DNA of 64,000 nt from NCBI GenBank assembly GCA_000708835.1, contig DF237424.1, forward strand, positions 8,481-72,480, written 5' to 3'. Below the pieces are notes generated by a model. It saw only the letters and a program-made list of their open reading frames with translations. It searched no databases and was not told where the DNA came from. This DNA is from Klebsormidium nitens (lineage: Eukaryota; Plantae; Klebsormidiophyceae). Below are positions 34,136-46,070 of the stretch, piece by piece. Each line of letters begins with the position of its first letter. Positions within the stretch are counted from its first letter, which is position 1. The position numbers and the translations under genes are program-made.

Positions 34136-36121
34136 AGTCGAGGAAGCGTCACTAGTAGCACGGATTCTCATCTACTTCATTTGACAATGCACACATCTCT
34201 CTTGGGACCAAAAAACATTTCGATTGCAAGGCGGTCTGCATCATTACTCAGCGTCTGCAGAGGGGTCTTGTCCGCGTCTGTCAAGGGGTCTTGTCTGAAG
34301 TCGGTAAAAAGTCCGGACTTTTCTTGCCAAGACCTGACTTCGCCTAGAGTACACAGAACTGTTCGAGGTATCGTCAGAAGGGAATTGCAGATGCGTAATC
34401 CTGCTTGCCAGTCGCGAGAAGTCAAATGCAGAATCTTCCCCTCCTGGCGATGCTCAAGCCTCGGTAACCTGTCGCCCGGTCTGACTTACGGTTCAGCCCT
34501 TCTTGACTCACGAGCGTTCCTCCGGCAGGAAATGGAGAGGGCAAGAATCTGACCTTCACCATTTGCAGGACTGACCACATACGCGCATCTTGTTCATGCA
34601 GTAATCGCCAACATCCAGACGCGACCGTCCGGCTTCAAGGGATTGCTTCCATACCCATGTACAGCTTCTGCTGGTATTTGATCTCACTTTATTATTCGTA
34701 GTGTTAAGCATTCTTGTCTAGCAAAGACCTTTGTCTTACAACCGCAAATCAACACTTCGGACTTGTTCCTACAATGATTCAGTGACTATACGCCAAGTCT
34801 TACGTTTTAATGAAATAAGATCGCCAAGCTTACTCCCGTTGGTCAGGTTGCATCTTGCTCGATGCACCAGGGCTTTGTAACAAGCTCAATCCCCAGCTCT
34901 CTATTCAACATCTAAGTATGCATGGACTGTTTTCAAGTAACTGCAGTCTGGCACGGCCTGATTTATCTTCGGAGATGGAGGAGTGTATGCGCTGCACATG
35001 AACTTTGAGCTCTTGCTATGGCGGCCGGCCGCGCCTGTATTTACCATGGTTAAGGTTAAGGTTAAGGAATTACCATGGTCAAAGGATGCAATTAACATAG
35101 AAAGCCAAAGTGCATATGCTTTTGTCAGACATTAAGGGCATGCACAGATTTGCCTTACTAGGGGCCCAGCTCAACATGCACAGCTGTGCATGTAACATAG
35201 GTTAATTGCCTGAAAAGCTAATGCAACACGTTTGCTCATGCAATGCAGTCGAAAGATCAGACATGACATATGTGCACTGTGTGAACTATATCTGTATATA
35301 GTCTGGCATGACCGACAGCCCTGACGGGTGTGAGCGCGCACCACATGGTCCATTTGTCACGGTATACTTGCATCTGATCCAACCGGCGCATGCAAGTCGG
35401 TCACAAGGGCCCGGCATGTTTGTCAGACCCATTTCACATAATATTTGAACACCATTTCAATGACGCGCCTTCGATTTGTTCAAATCTACACCGTCCGATC
35501 ACAGTCCATGCACTCATCCTACTTTGATTGGAACCTTATAGTAGATTGTGATGTTCTCTTCTAGCCTGCTATTGATATCGCAGCTCATCGCCGGGCCAGT
35601 CAGTGCCGCTTCATGTGGCATACTCATGTGTTGATCTTAGAGTATCACATATCATGCTTGAGCAGTTTCCTGAGCGCGCTAACTTCCACAACAGGCGATG
35701 CACCCGCTTTCAGGCACTCACCTACGTAGTCGCGATCGCGTCGATTGCTGAAGTTTGAAAGCTGAAAGCTGAGATGTAATGCCTTCTCTGGTGCAGCTTG
35801 GCATCATGACTGGTTCAGAGAGACAGCTGGCGGCGGTAACACTGCAGCCGAACAATATTGTTGACATCAACAATGGCCCTGTCCTGCCATGTGCAATATA
35901 CTCTGCATATGCAAGAATGTGCCCTGGGACCTGATGGCAGCCAGATCAACTAGATCAGATGTATGCGAAGGCGGCAATGTCGGAAATCACATACGAATGC
36001 CAATGCCAATGGCTTTCCCGGGTTTCCGAACGTCAACACAAATCTCAGCTCGTGTTCGATTGCAGTGCACGGGTTCCGCGCAATTTGAACCGTCCATATG
36101 AATCTGACCAGTTGATCGACG

Positions 36122-36504
36122 GTACTGGACCACTGCATCAAGTATGCGCGCGTGAACAACAAGGGTTCTGTACGCGGGTAAGTTGGCGAAAGCTGAAAAG
36201 GCTGACTCGATGCACACTGGCAGTATTGGCCTAATCTTACTTCTCGGCCGCCACCAGGCAGCTGGCACGGCACCATCCGAATCGCTTTGGCAACAAGGGC
36301 GCTACCTATACTGCTCTGAGAAGCACTGGTAGGGCTACGTTTAAGTGCGGTACTGAGGAGGAAGTACCAGGTAGGACCCACCAGAGCTACCTGTACCTGA
36401 GCTCAAGCTGTGTAGCTAGGTACCTCAGACGTTGTAGATAGCTGTGCGTCATTGTATCCTTCACCGGTACAGTGCTCCGGTAGTAATAGGTATACCTACG
36501 GTAC
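36122..36504. promoter_or_regulatory. GTAC-dense island upstream of the MGCGAS gene (putative SBP-domain/CuRE cores)
   Basis: GTAC at 36122, 36170, 36350, 36364, 36393, 36420, 36467 and 36501, i.e. 460-840 bp upstream of the ATG at 36963. The regulatory role is inferred. Confidence 0.4.
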
Positions 36505-36962
36505 CTAGTATTGATGCAATCTAGGTATTGTAAAGGACACGACCAGTGCGCCAAGGCTCAGGGGTCAGGGCATGTGCCAACCTGTCTATTCGCAACGAAT
36601 TGACTGATCAGCAGATTTCAAGATTTCAACCCTCTCAACCCTGACTTCAGCGACCGTAGGGACCGCTTGTCAGTGGCCGTTGACTGCTATTTGGACCAGG
36701 ATGCCTCAAACCAGCGCTCTTTCAATATGGTCAGCTTGCGGTGCATCTGCTGCTCATTGGAGAATATCCATGTTCCAATCCTCTCAATCAGAGCTTTGCA
36801 GCAGGTGGACAGAGGGGCAAGGACCTTTATTCCGGATCTTCGCAAAATCTGTCATCATTCCAAGAAGCATCCTTCCACAAGAAAGTGCAAGCGCTGCGCT
36901 AGACTGCCTTTGCTCTTCAACGCCCCTGCGCTCCGCCTTCTGCGCCTCATCAGCACGTTAAA

Positions 36963-39900
36963 ATGGGTTGCGGTGCGTCCGCCGCTCGCGTGAGCGCAAA
37001 CTGCCCCAAGATCAGGGCCATCAAACTGACCGAGGTACGTCCCAGGGGGATTTGATAGCCTCCAATAGACAGCGCACGACAAGCGGATTGCTTTAATGTT
37101 GGAGGAGCAGGTTGCAATGTGCCGTGGGCCTGAATGCATAACAGTACCCCCAGGCAGTGCGCCTATCCGCATTGCAGAAGAAGAAAGCTTCTGCGTCAGG
37201 AAGAAGACGGATGCAATGGGAGTGGTAATCGCAAGGGTTTTTACGGCCTGCATGTTACCGGGACAGTGTCCAACTATTGGTGATCACAGTCTTTGAGTGT
37301 CAAAAAGGCTCTTGCTCCAGTCCCTCTTCTTATGCAAGAAGCGGGAGTTGAATTGTGGATTGATAGTTTCAGGGCGCGGACAAACACTACCTTTCTTGGA
37401 AAGGGGCGTAGTTTACCTGTCTTTCTGGTTTTGTTTGTAAGCGCAGTGCAATGGAAGACAGTCGCGGTGGTAAAATCTCTTCAAAGAAGCAGCCTTGCTC
37501 AATGCCTGATGAATGGGTTTTCCTGGTTCTCAATAGGTCAAGATCCCCGAGTTTGATGAGGTCTTCAACGACTGCAAGAAGCCCCTCAACACTATCGTCA
37601 AACTGAACAACGACTTGTACGCCTATCTGGATGGCGTCAAGATCCGGGCCTTCTGCCTGATGGGCCAGTCCAAGATTACCCTCATCCAAGAGGCAAGTGC
37701 CCTTCAAGAAATGCCACATGAAACTATAATTTCATGCAAAAGCTTCTGAGCGAGGCAAGCCGGACAAGCCGCGCTTGTTCAGATACCCGCTGTCATTCTA
37801 TGTTTTGCCAAGAATCCAATCTCTCCTTTCTCCGATAAAAGAAGCCTTCTAGCACTGTGCAAAATCGTACTTACGGTTGACTGCTTCAATGTTTGATGGG
37901 AAGAAGTTTGAGTCTGCAGTACCGCAAACAGATCCCTCGGCTCCGTTCTGACTGAAAATCTTGTCCGCATGCAGGAGAACAACGTGACTTGCGATCTCCA
38001 GAAGCTGAAGGATGACGACTTCGTGTCTTGCCTTGCTGACGAGTTGGCCAAGCCCACCACGGGACTTAAGTAAGCAAAGCAGGCTGATTCCTTGGATTCG
38101 ATTGGAGCCTTCGATGGCGATTGTAGCGCACGCGTCTCATCTTACTTTTCAGACTATACTGCAGCACATTCTGAAAGCAAAAAGTACCCAGAAACAATAG
38201 GGACCAGAATCAAGCACGCAGCATTGTCTGAAGGAGGCAGTAGGCCAAGTGTTCTGGCATCGCTTTGGGAGTGCATTCATTTGCCCGCTCAAAGGCGTCG
38301 TTTCCAGTCCGAACCAGTGTTTTGCCCGCTCCCTGACCAAACACAATTTGGTCCAGCCTTCATTCAATCTTTGTCGTTTTTTCTTGAACCCGTCCCATAC
38401 GGTCTGCACTTTCGCACCTTCGTTTGCCGGGCCTTTCCTGGATACTCTGTGCTCACACCTCCTTGCCCGAGGCCGTTGTGCTTTACCCCCAAGTCCCGCT
38501 CTAATTGTGTCTTTCTCCGCCAGGTTGAAGGCTGCTTGGGACAAGATGACTGCGTTGGCGGCGCCCCTGGCCGCGGCCGCGGAGGCCGCCGGGCAGACGT
38601 TCTCGATCGCGGCGGACGACACGATCCACTTCGAGGAGCCCGCAGAGGAGCCCACCGAAGAGGACGCCAAGGCCAAGCACACCGCCTTCTGCGACGCCGG
38701 TGAGCGGTCCGGGCGCCACGTGGCAACCCGTTGCTGACGTCAGCACGTGCAGGGCCTGAATACGAAATCCGCACTCTGGAAAGATAAAACTTGCAGGCTT
38801 TCATTCGATCACGCCTCCCTGTTAGTTCTGCTTCTCGAAGAGAGAGCCTCGTCGCGGCCAATTACATCAGCGTCAGCATTCCCAACACCATCTTCGATCG
38901 TCTCCCCACCGACGCAATATCGCTGACGTCGTCCTCGCGTGCGCGCAGTGGACAAGTTCAACCTGCAAGTGTACAACGTGCGCGCGGTGCTGGCGGCCAT
39001 CAACGGCCCGCTGAGCCTGAGCGGCGCCATCTGCGAGCTGAAGAAGCACCTGATGGCCAAGGGCCACGGCTTCGACGTCGACTTCTCCACCTTCGAGATC
39101 AAGATGCCCTCCGTGCACGACCTGCCCAAGCCGCTCGCGTGCATCGTCGAAGTGGTGAGAGCGCGCGCGCGAGCGGTTTACAGTTTGTGAACGTCAGAGA
39201 TTAAAGGCGTGTCATGCTCTGCTTTGAGGGCGCGTTACGCATCTGCTTCTGGACTCATCAACAGGCCTCAATAGGAACACTTTGAGACGGCACGCGACCA
39301 ACCCCTCGTTCGGGCCTACAGTAGAAAGCATTGAAACCGCACTTGCCCGCGTGCGTCAGCAGGTTGAAAAACAGACGCATATTTTCGTTCTCGTTCTCGT
39401 TCTTGTTCCCAAACCAGCCTCGATCTGGCCATGTGTCGCACCCGCTCTAGGTGCCTTGCTGATGCGAAAGCAGGTTGACCTTTACGCCAAAGTTCCCTTC
39501 CTGTTTCAGCTTCTCAGCCTTGCTTTCTGGTTCGTTCCCAGATTGAGAAGCTGATTGACCGGCTGAAGCACATCGGCGAGGTGGGCGAGAAGATCAAGGA
39601 GGAGCTGGAGGAGCTGGTGAAGAAGGCGGAGGAGTTCCCCGAGAAGGCCAAGGACGCGCTCTCCAACTCCGAGATGAACCCCTTCGAGATCCTCAAGGCC
39701 GTGCACGCCGTCGCCATGAACGTCAAGGTGCGCGCGCGTTTTGGGGCGTAAAGTCTTTATCAGAGTTTGTTTGTTTTAAGGCCGTTTATGCCCGGCGCAA
39801 TGAGGCGCCAATGCAAGCACCAGACAATCAAGGCAAGTAGCGGCGAGCACTGACGTCGGTTCTCAATACTTTGATTTTGTGGGGTTCGCTGCCACGCAAA

Positions 39901-40283
39901 ACAGGTAGAACGAAGACAGGACCGTACGCTCCGCGCGCTGCGACGATGTTTTGCGTTTCTTGCCGCCTTTGCTGGCGTTGCTCCTAGCCGAAGCACCTTT
40001 CTCCAAAAGCCTCAATGAAGCCCCGCTCAGGGGACAGAGTGCTGCTCCTTCCGCCTCGCCCTGCTTCCGTTTGAATGAGCTCTGCCGGAAAGATTCCCGC
40101 TTCTCACTCCGCTCGTCCCCTTTGCAGAACGTGGCGGGCGCGCCGTTCATCCTGACCGGCGTTCTGGGCACCGTCAAGACGATCCCCACCGAGATCATCC
40201 AGGGCATCAAGGACGCGGTCGCCGGAAAGCCGTCCGTCGCCACCCCGGCCTCGCCCAAGTCCCCCGCCGCCAAGGCCGCATAA
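36963..40283 (+). CDS. Uncharacterised, mainly helical protein with predicted N-terminal myristoylation/palmitoylation motif (MGCGAS)
   Basis: Strongly C/G-ending, phase-consistent exons 37537-37692 (GC donor), 37975-38069, 38524-38699, ~38949-39154, 39542-39727 and 40129-40283 (VKIPEFDEVFNDCKKPLNTIVKLNN..NPFEILKAVHAVAMNVK..SPKSPAAKAA*). Putative first exon ATGGGTTGCGGTGCGTCCGCCGCTCGC|gtgagc at 36963-36989. Any exon between 36990 and 37536 is unresolved. Confidence 0.75.
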
Positions 40284-40790
40284 CCGGGTTGTTAACCGAG
40301 GGGTTAGGGGCGACCACTGTATGATATACCGGACGGACACCATATACAGAAAAGCTGGACTGTAGGACCTGAGAGGGAGATCGGGGTATGGGCAGTAGTG
40401 CTGAACTCTGATTCTTAACGCCCACCTGAACTTTTCTGACTCCTTGCTATCAGAAATTAAAGCAGATAAGAAACGATTTGAGGCGCGCACTGTCAAAAGA
40501 GAGGCTGTACATGTGAGGGAGATGACGTGGCGTCAAGCGCTGCGGCAGCGGCGCATAGCGAGACTAGGGCAGAGTGCATAAGAAACAAGATACGCCTTTA
40601 CATTCGGCCTGTCCTATGCCTCTTTCCTTAGTACAAGCGACAGTCAAATGAACGATTGAGCAAACCGCCAGATGATGCATCTCTGTTTTTGGGTAATACT
40701 TGCGTTCATGATTTGGTCGCGTTGTCTCTTTTGTCAGTAGTATTCCTTGAAGTGCACGCCGGGCATTGACGTCGTCTCGAGAATGTTTCA

Positions 40791-40868
40791 ACGGAGGCCC
40801 ACTTTGGGACAGTAGACTTCGTAGCTCCAACGGAGACCCACTTTGGGACAGTAGACTTCGTAGCTCCA
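40791..40868. repeat. 2 x 39-bp tandem repeat
   Basis: acggaggcccactttgggacagtagacttcgtagctcca followed by acggagacccactttgggacagtagacttcgtagctcca (1 mismatch). Confidence 0.9.
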
Positions 40869-42537
40869 ATAAGGTCGAACGTATCATCTCGAAGTAAGAA
40901 GTGAAAGAAAGTACAAGCCTATCCGAGGCCTACGCTGAAGACTTCTGAAAGTTTTGGGAGGAATTTGATCACGAAATTAAGTCCGCCAGACCTCATTTCG
41001 TAAGGACAAATCGCGGCTCGGCTCTTCGTGACCTTACTTTGTAGTGTCTTCTACTGAGCAAGCTGATACCCTGCCAGAGAACAGCTTAGGTTCGCGGAAT
41101 CATCATGTCAGGATTGACGCGGCAGTTGCGGGTGCGACACATAATTCACGAGGCGCGGGATCCGAGATTGCGCATGATCGTCGATAGCCGCAGCGCATTT
41201 GTTTTGACAAGATTGGGTGATACACTCCAGTCCACTCGGAAGTATGTCGCCGTTCAGCCGCGGCCCAGTACGATTAGTGCGTCGCTTTTGCAACTTGTGG
41301 CGCTTTACGCCAACATTGGTCTGCATACTCTCTCCTCTCCGAACGTATCTTTCCTTCCGATAGGAAGCATGTCCTGCCGTCAGAACGTTCTCCAAATAGT
41401 CACTGTATGGCCTAACGCGGAGCGTGGCCATCTCGAGAGCCCAGAATGCCGCGCATGTTGATCTGGTGCTTTGGCAGCGAGTCCCTGAGTCTTATACTTT
41501 AACACAATCGACCGCGTGCAAACAGTGAGATCAGTGCTGCGGCAACAGATAGCACGAGCTCTCAGCAATCATAATCAGAAACCTGCGACTCAACCTTGCC
41601 GGGTCCATATTTGTTAGGATTGACGGTCTAACAACATCTATGCACCAGCCCCGCACCAGCCGTGAATTAAGCTGTCCAGACTCCAGGGAGCATCTCGCAG
41701 AGACTAGCGCGTCGATCCCCCGTTGAGGACCGTTATCGGACTGCAAGCGAAGGCCTATCCGTCTAGCTCAATACAAACTTTTGAAGCTTTTACAAGGTCA
41801 AGCCAATATAAGAATACATTCGCTATAGCTGCACAAGGCCATCTGCACTATGGTGCAGTTGTCTCGCTTGCTTGACTCGCTTGCTTGTCCCGATAAGAGC
41901 CTTCAAATAATACTAAGTACAACGCCTGGTCTGTCGTCGGAAGCGGAAACAAGAATCAAAGAATCAGCGAGACCGCCCTCCGGCGGGCTAGCCCGTGGAG
42001 CACGGCGGCCGTGTGCTCCACGACCGTCAATCTGCTCTATCTGGATTTGACGGCTCTGGGCAGCCGTAGCTGCCGAGGCACCGGCTGTATACGTGACCTT
42101 GCATGTGGCGAATTCACCCTGCGCAGCGTCCATTTTCCAGACGGTTGCGGAAGTATGGTCGCCGGAAAGATGGCCCGGATGCCATCTCCTTGTGTTGAGA
42201 AGGTTGTCAATGTCAACGTACCGGTACTTAATTTCTCAGGTCTAGGACTCGGAGCACAGGTGACAGGGCGCTCACAAGCCAATTGGGGTTGTGCCTGACT
42301 GGAGAACGACAACACGCACCACCAACGCACCACCAATCAGCAGATAGCCTGTTAGGTACCGAGGGCCTTGGTGATCCATGCATCATTGGCCGCCAAGCAA
42401 GTGATCAAGCGGGCTCTAGAGATAGCTTCTTGAAGGCTGAGCAAGGAGCACTTGGAAGTAGCGTGTTTGGATTCCAGAGCGGTGGGGCCGCACGCTAAGA
42501 GCAGCACAGACCAGAAGCGCGCATCTGGGACGTGGCA

Positions 42538-44513
42538 ATGACAAACGCCCCAGACAGATATGAGCGCTTTGTACTGCCGGAGGGCGTCTCAAAGTAAGGC
42601 CACAGTCAGCAATCGCGGGTGCACTTTGGCCTTCCGCTGCAATGCTGCGGCGAAAGACAGAAAATGATCTTGCAAGCGAAGACTAAAGAGAAGACATTCA
42701 ATGGTCCCCAGCCCAGAGAATCAGACTCCAAGATAATCAAGCACAGTCTTTGTTTGAGCTGCACATCTGCTTGAGGACTTGTTATTATTGGAGTCAATGC
42801 ACTGTGAGATTGAGCTTTTCAGTGTTGCGATGTAGTGGTGCAACTTGCAACCATTTTCAGGACTCTTCAGGCAGTACGACCACAGGCGTTACATGGGCGA
42901 AGTCTCTTTCAACGCTAGCACAATATGCAGTCTATTGAGTCATCTGTACGATCAATTATGTGTTTCAATCGCTGCAGAGTGACGAGGATCAAAGACACGC
43001 GTATCACCAATGCAGCAACTTTTGAAGTTCAGCGGGAAGACCACACACTCGGCAACTTGATAAGAATGTAAGTCATTCGTCCCCCGGACCCTCCCCAGTT
43101 TTGAGAGTCTCACCACAGTCGGCTGCGGGCCACAGTTCCTGGAATCTGCTTGATTGGCCCGAGCATCTGCGGTCCTGGAAGTTTGTCTCAAGTCTTTGAC
43201 ATGTCAGTAGGAGCTTGGGGGAGTTAATTGGTTGCTGCTGTCACTCTTGGTGAGCTGTCGCTTCTAAGATGGAAGTTGAGCCGATGGCAAGTTTCGGCCT
43301 CTGCTTCTGATCAGCACATCAGCTTCCCGGGTCCTCTTGCCGTTCGCATGAAGATGAGACAGGGATGCTTCTAGACTAGATTGAACGAGGAACGCTGAAT
43401 GCAAAAGGAGATCCTTTCTTTGCAGGCAATTACACAGAGATCCAGAGGTGCTGTTTGCTGGTTACAAAGCGCCTCATCCGCTTGAGTACAAGATCAATTT
43501 CAAGGTCAGTCAACATGTTCCACGACCCCCTCTCTAGCTCAAACCGTTAGTGCTCATCAGCGGGGCACAAAGTTTTCCCCAAGAGCAGTGGTGGTTGCTG
43601 ATGTCCATGTGTGATTGGGGTTTATCTTAGATGGTCAAGCCTTTACAATACACGCACGCATGACATATTCAGTCTCTACTACTCAATTCACGCCTACATT
43701 GCAAAGGGTTGAAGTATGCGGATGGGAGGCAGTCAAAGCATGCCGGGTCTTGTCAATCCCAGCTGCAGGTGATTGTAGTTGCAATCAACCGAGTACGGCT
43801 CTAGTCAAACTGACCGTTAACTGCAGCCGCAAAAGAGAGTCATTATTCTGGTGCACCCGAGTTGTTGCATGGCCAGACACTTCTGTGCGGGTGGCAAGTG
43901 TTTCTAAGGAGCCTGAGATGGTTTACTTTTGTCCTCAGGTGCAAGCAAGAGACACCACTAACCCTGAGACTGTCTTCCGACGAGCCATCGATGCGGTGGA
44001 TACGGAAATAGCAGACCTGCGGAAAGCATTTACTGTGAGCTTCCAACTCCCATCCCCTTCGAATTTAGATCTCGGGCAGAAGTATAAGCTGAATGCTGCA
44101 TAGAATTATCTTTAAGCTTCTCGTTCCAGAGTTTCCTGCCAAATCCTGCGGTTTCTATGTCTGAGTGTTGGTCGCTCTGGCATCTGTCGCCCTTCGCCTG
44201 CAATCTCGAGTAGGTCGAGGATTGGTCGCTTTATGGGGCCCGTGAAGAACTTCTAAAGAACAGGGTGTGCACTCTAGAAAGCTCCCTTGTAAGAAATTAA
44301 AGAAGGGCCTCCACATCGGCAATACACCAAAGGCCGTTCACCTTCCAAGTGGACATGTCTGACGCGGAGTTTATTTTGACTTCGACTCTCCCCATTGTGG
44401 TGTAATTGTTCCTGTGCAATTCTGCCTTAAGTGCATTTAGCTTCTCTGACTGATGCTTCGTACATTTACAGGAGGAACTCGCTCGCCCTAGAGATCAGGG
44501 CAACTTCTACTAA
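42538..44513 (+). CDS. NRPB11: RNA polymerase II (shared with IV/V in plants) subunit RPB11, 5 exons
   Basis: Exons 42538-42593, 42978-43067, 43426-43504, 43939-44034 and 44472-44513. [58 protein letters not shown] matches the RPB11 signature. Confidence 0.96.
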
Positions 44514-46070
44514 GGCGCCAGCTCTGCACCAGCTATGAGCTTCCAATGGGCAGACACGCTTCTTCTCGTAGCTGCGGGAATAAGCGTCTCTGCTTGACCA
44601 GAGGTTTCAACTCGAGATCAAAACTATCTGACAAAATTTTATAATTCCTCGGTCAGATTTTTAAGTGGGCAACGAGTCCTTGGTAGTCGCGTGTGTCCTT
44701 TTGATGGCGCAAGGAGTCCGCTGGTTCTTGCAAGGGCCTTCAACGATTGAGTGCGACGCTTTTCCGATCGACCATATCTGCACATCGGCCAGACAACTGT
44801 ACATCAGCCAGACGCTCAGGCTAGAAACGTTGAGAGTCTCGTATGGTGAGGCGCATTTGCGCTGCCCGGCCACAGCACGTAGATGTACACCCGCATGGTG
44901 TCATCGTCGTCTGGCACGACGTATTCGTCAGATATTTGCCCGTTCCCTGCTGTTGCCTGCCGGAGCCCTGCAATTTACGTCCCTCTAAAGCACGGGGCGG
45001 CCGGATCTGATTTTGGTCTGTCGCCGCGCGACCAGTATATCCGCCAGAAGATGGTAGTGACATGCCGGGCCCCATACAAGTCGGATTGATACCAATTGTC
45101 CATTGCACTGAACAATGACTTGATTGAGTAATGTAGGAGCTGGACATGCTGGGTTCGGTTCCACGATACCGATGATCTGCGCACATGCAGCTGTGTTATT
45201 ACATGCCGTTCAAGGTTTTAGTGGCACTTCGGAACTTACGCCCCAGGCCCTCAACTTGCAAGGTAACATACAAGCCATTCATGTGCATATCGCATGCCTA
45301 GCGCTAGAAGAATCGCCTCTATTAGCTAGCCGATACTTCCTAAAGCGTATATATTCCTTCGCGATCATGCAGGGCCGGCACACTGACGCACCTTGCCCGT
45401 ACCACACCAACTCAATAGCGCACATGCGCTGTCTACAGGAAGCCCGACTGATCCACGTAAACGCGCAAAGCGCAACCGCTGGGCAGCAGCCGCCCACTAA
45501 GGCAGCAAATGTTTGCGACGCGTACACATTCCTCGATCCACGCGTGCCGCCCGTAAATGCTGACGCCAAACTACTTAGATTCATAGATTGATTGAAGCTC
45601 TTGCGCAAGAGCTTGTGCACATCCTCCAATTGCGAATCTCCGATCACGGGATTAAGATTGATCCTCGCAAGACATGCACATGTATTCAAACACTCCGGCT
45701 CGCCTATGCAGAGATTGTACCATCTATAGGCATACCACAACTATCGATCCTGCAGTACTTAACCGGCCGTCGCATAGCAATTCGCCTATATACGGTCATC
45801 GGCCTGTTCAGCTAGTCTGACGAGACAAAACTCGGTCAATCGTTCGAGGGCGCCGTCGTGACTGAGCCTAATAGGTAGATTGTCTGCGACCCCAGAAGCC
45901 TCCTGCAACGCTACTTGCGCCGGCGTGTTTTGAACCTGATGAGTCACGAGCCGGCTCAGAATGACTGTAGAAAGGAGGATTTTCATCGCAAGGACATTGA
46001 TCAAAGTTGCTGCTCGAGAGTACTCGACGTGCCCCGATGTCCTGGTCCAGAGGACTCTAATCAATCTCGC

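Noticed and set aside
41100-42340. Several 70-120-aa ORFs upstream of RPB11, including a protein-like minus frame EIKYRYVDIDNLLNTRRWHPGH..
   Set aside because: No phase-consistent exon chain or family could be built.
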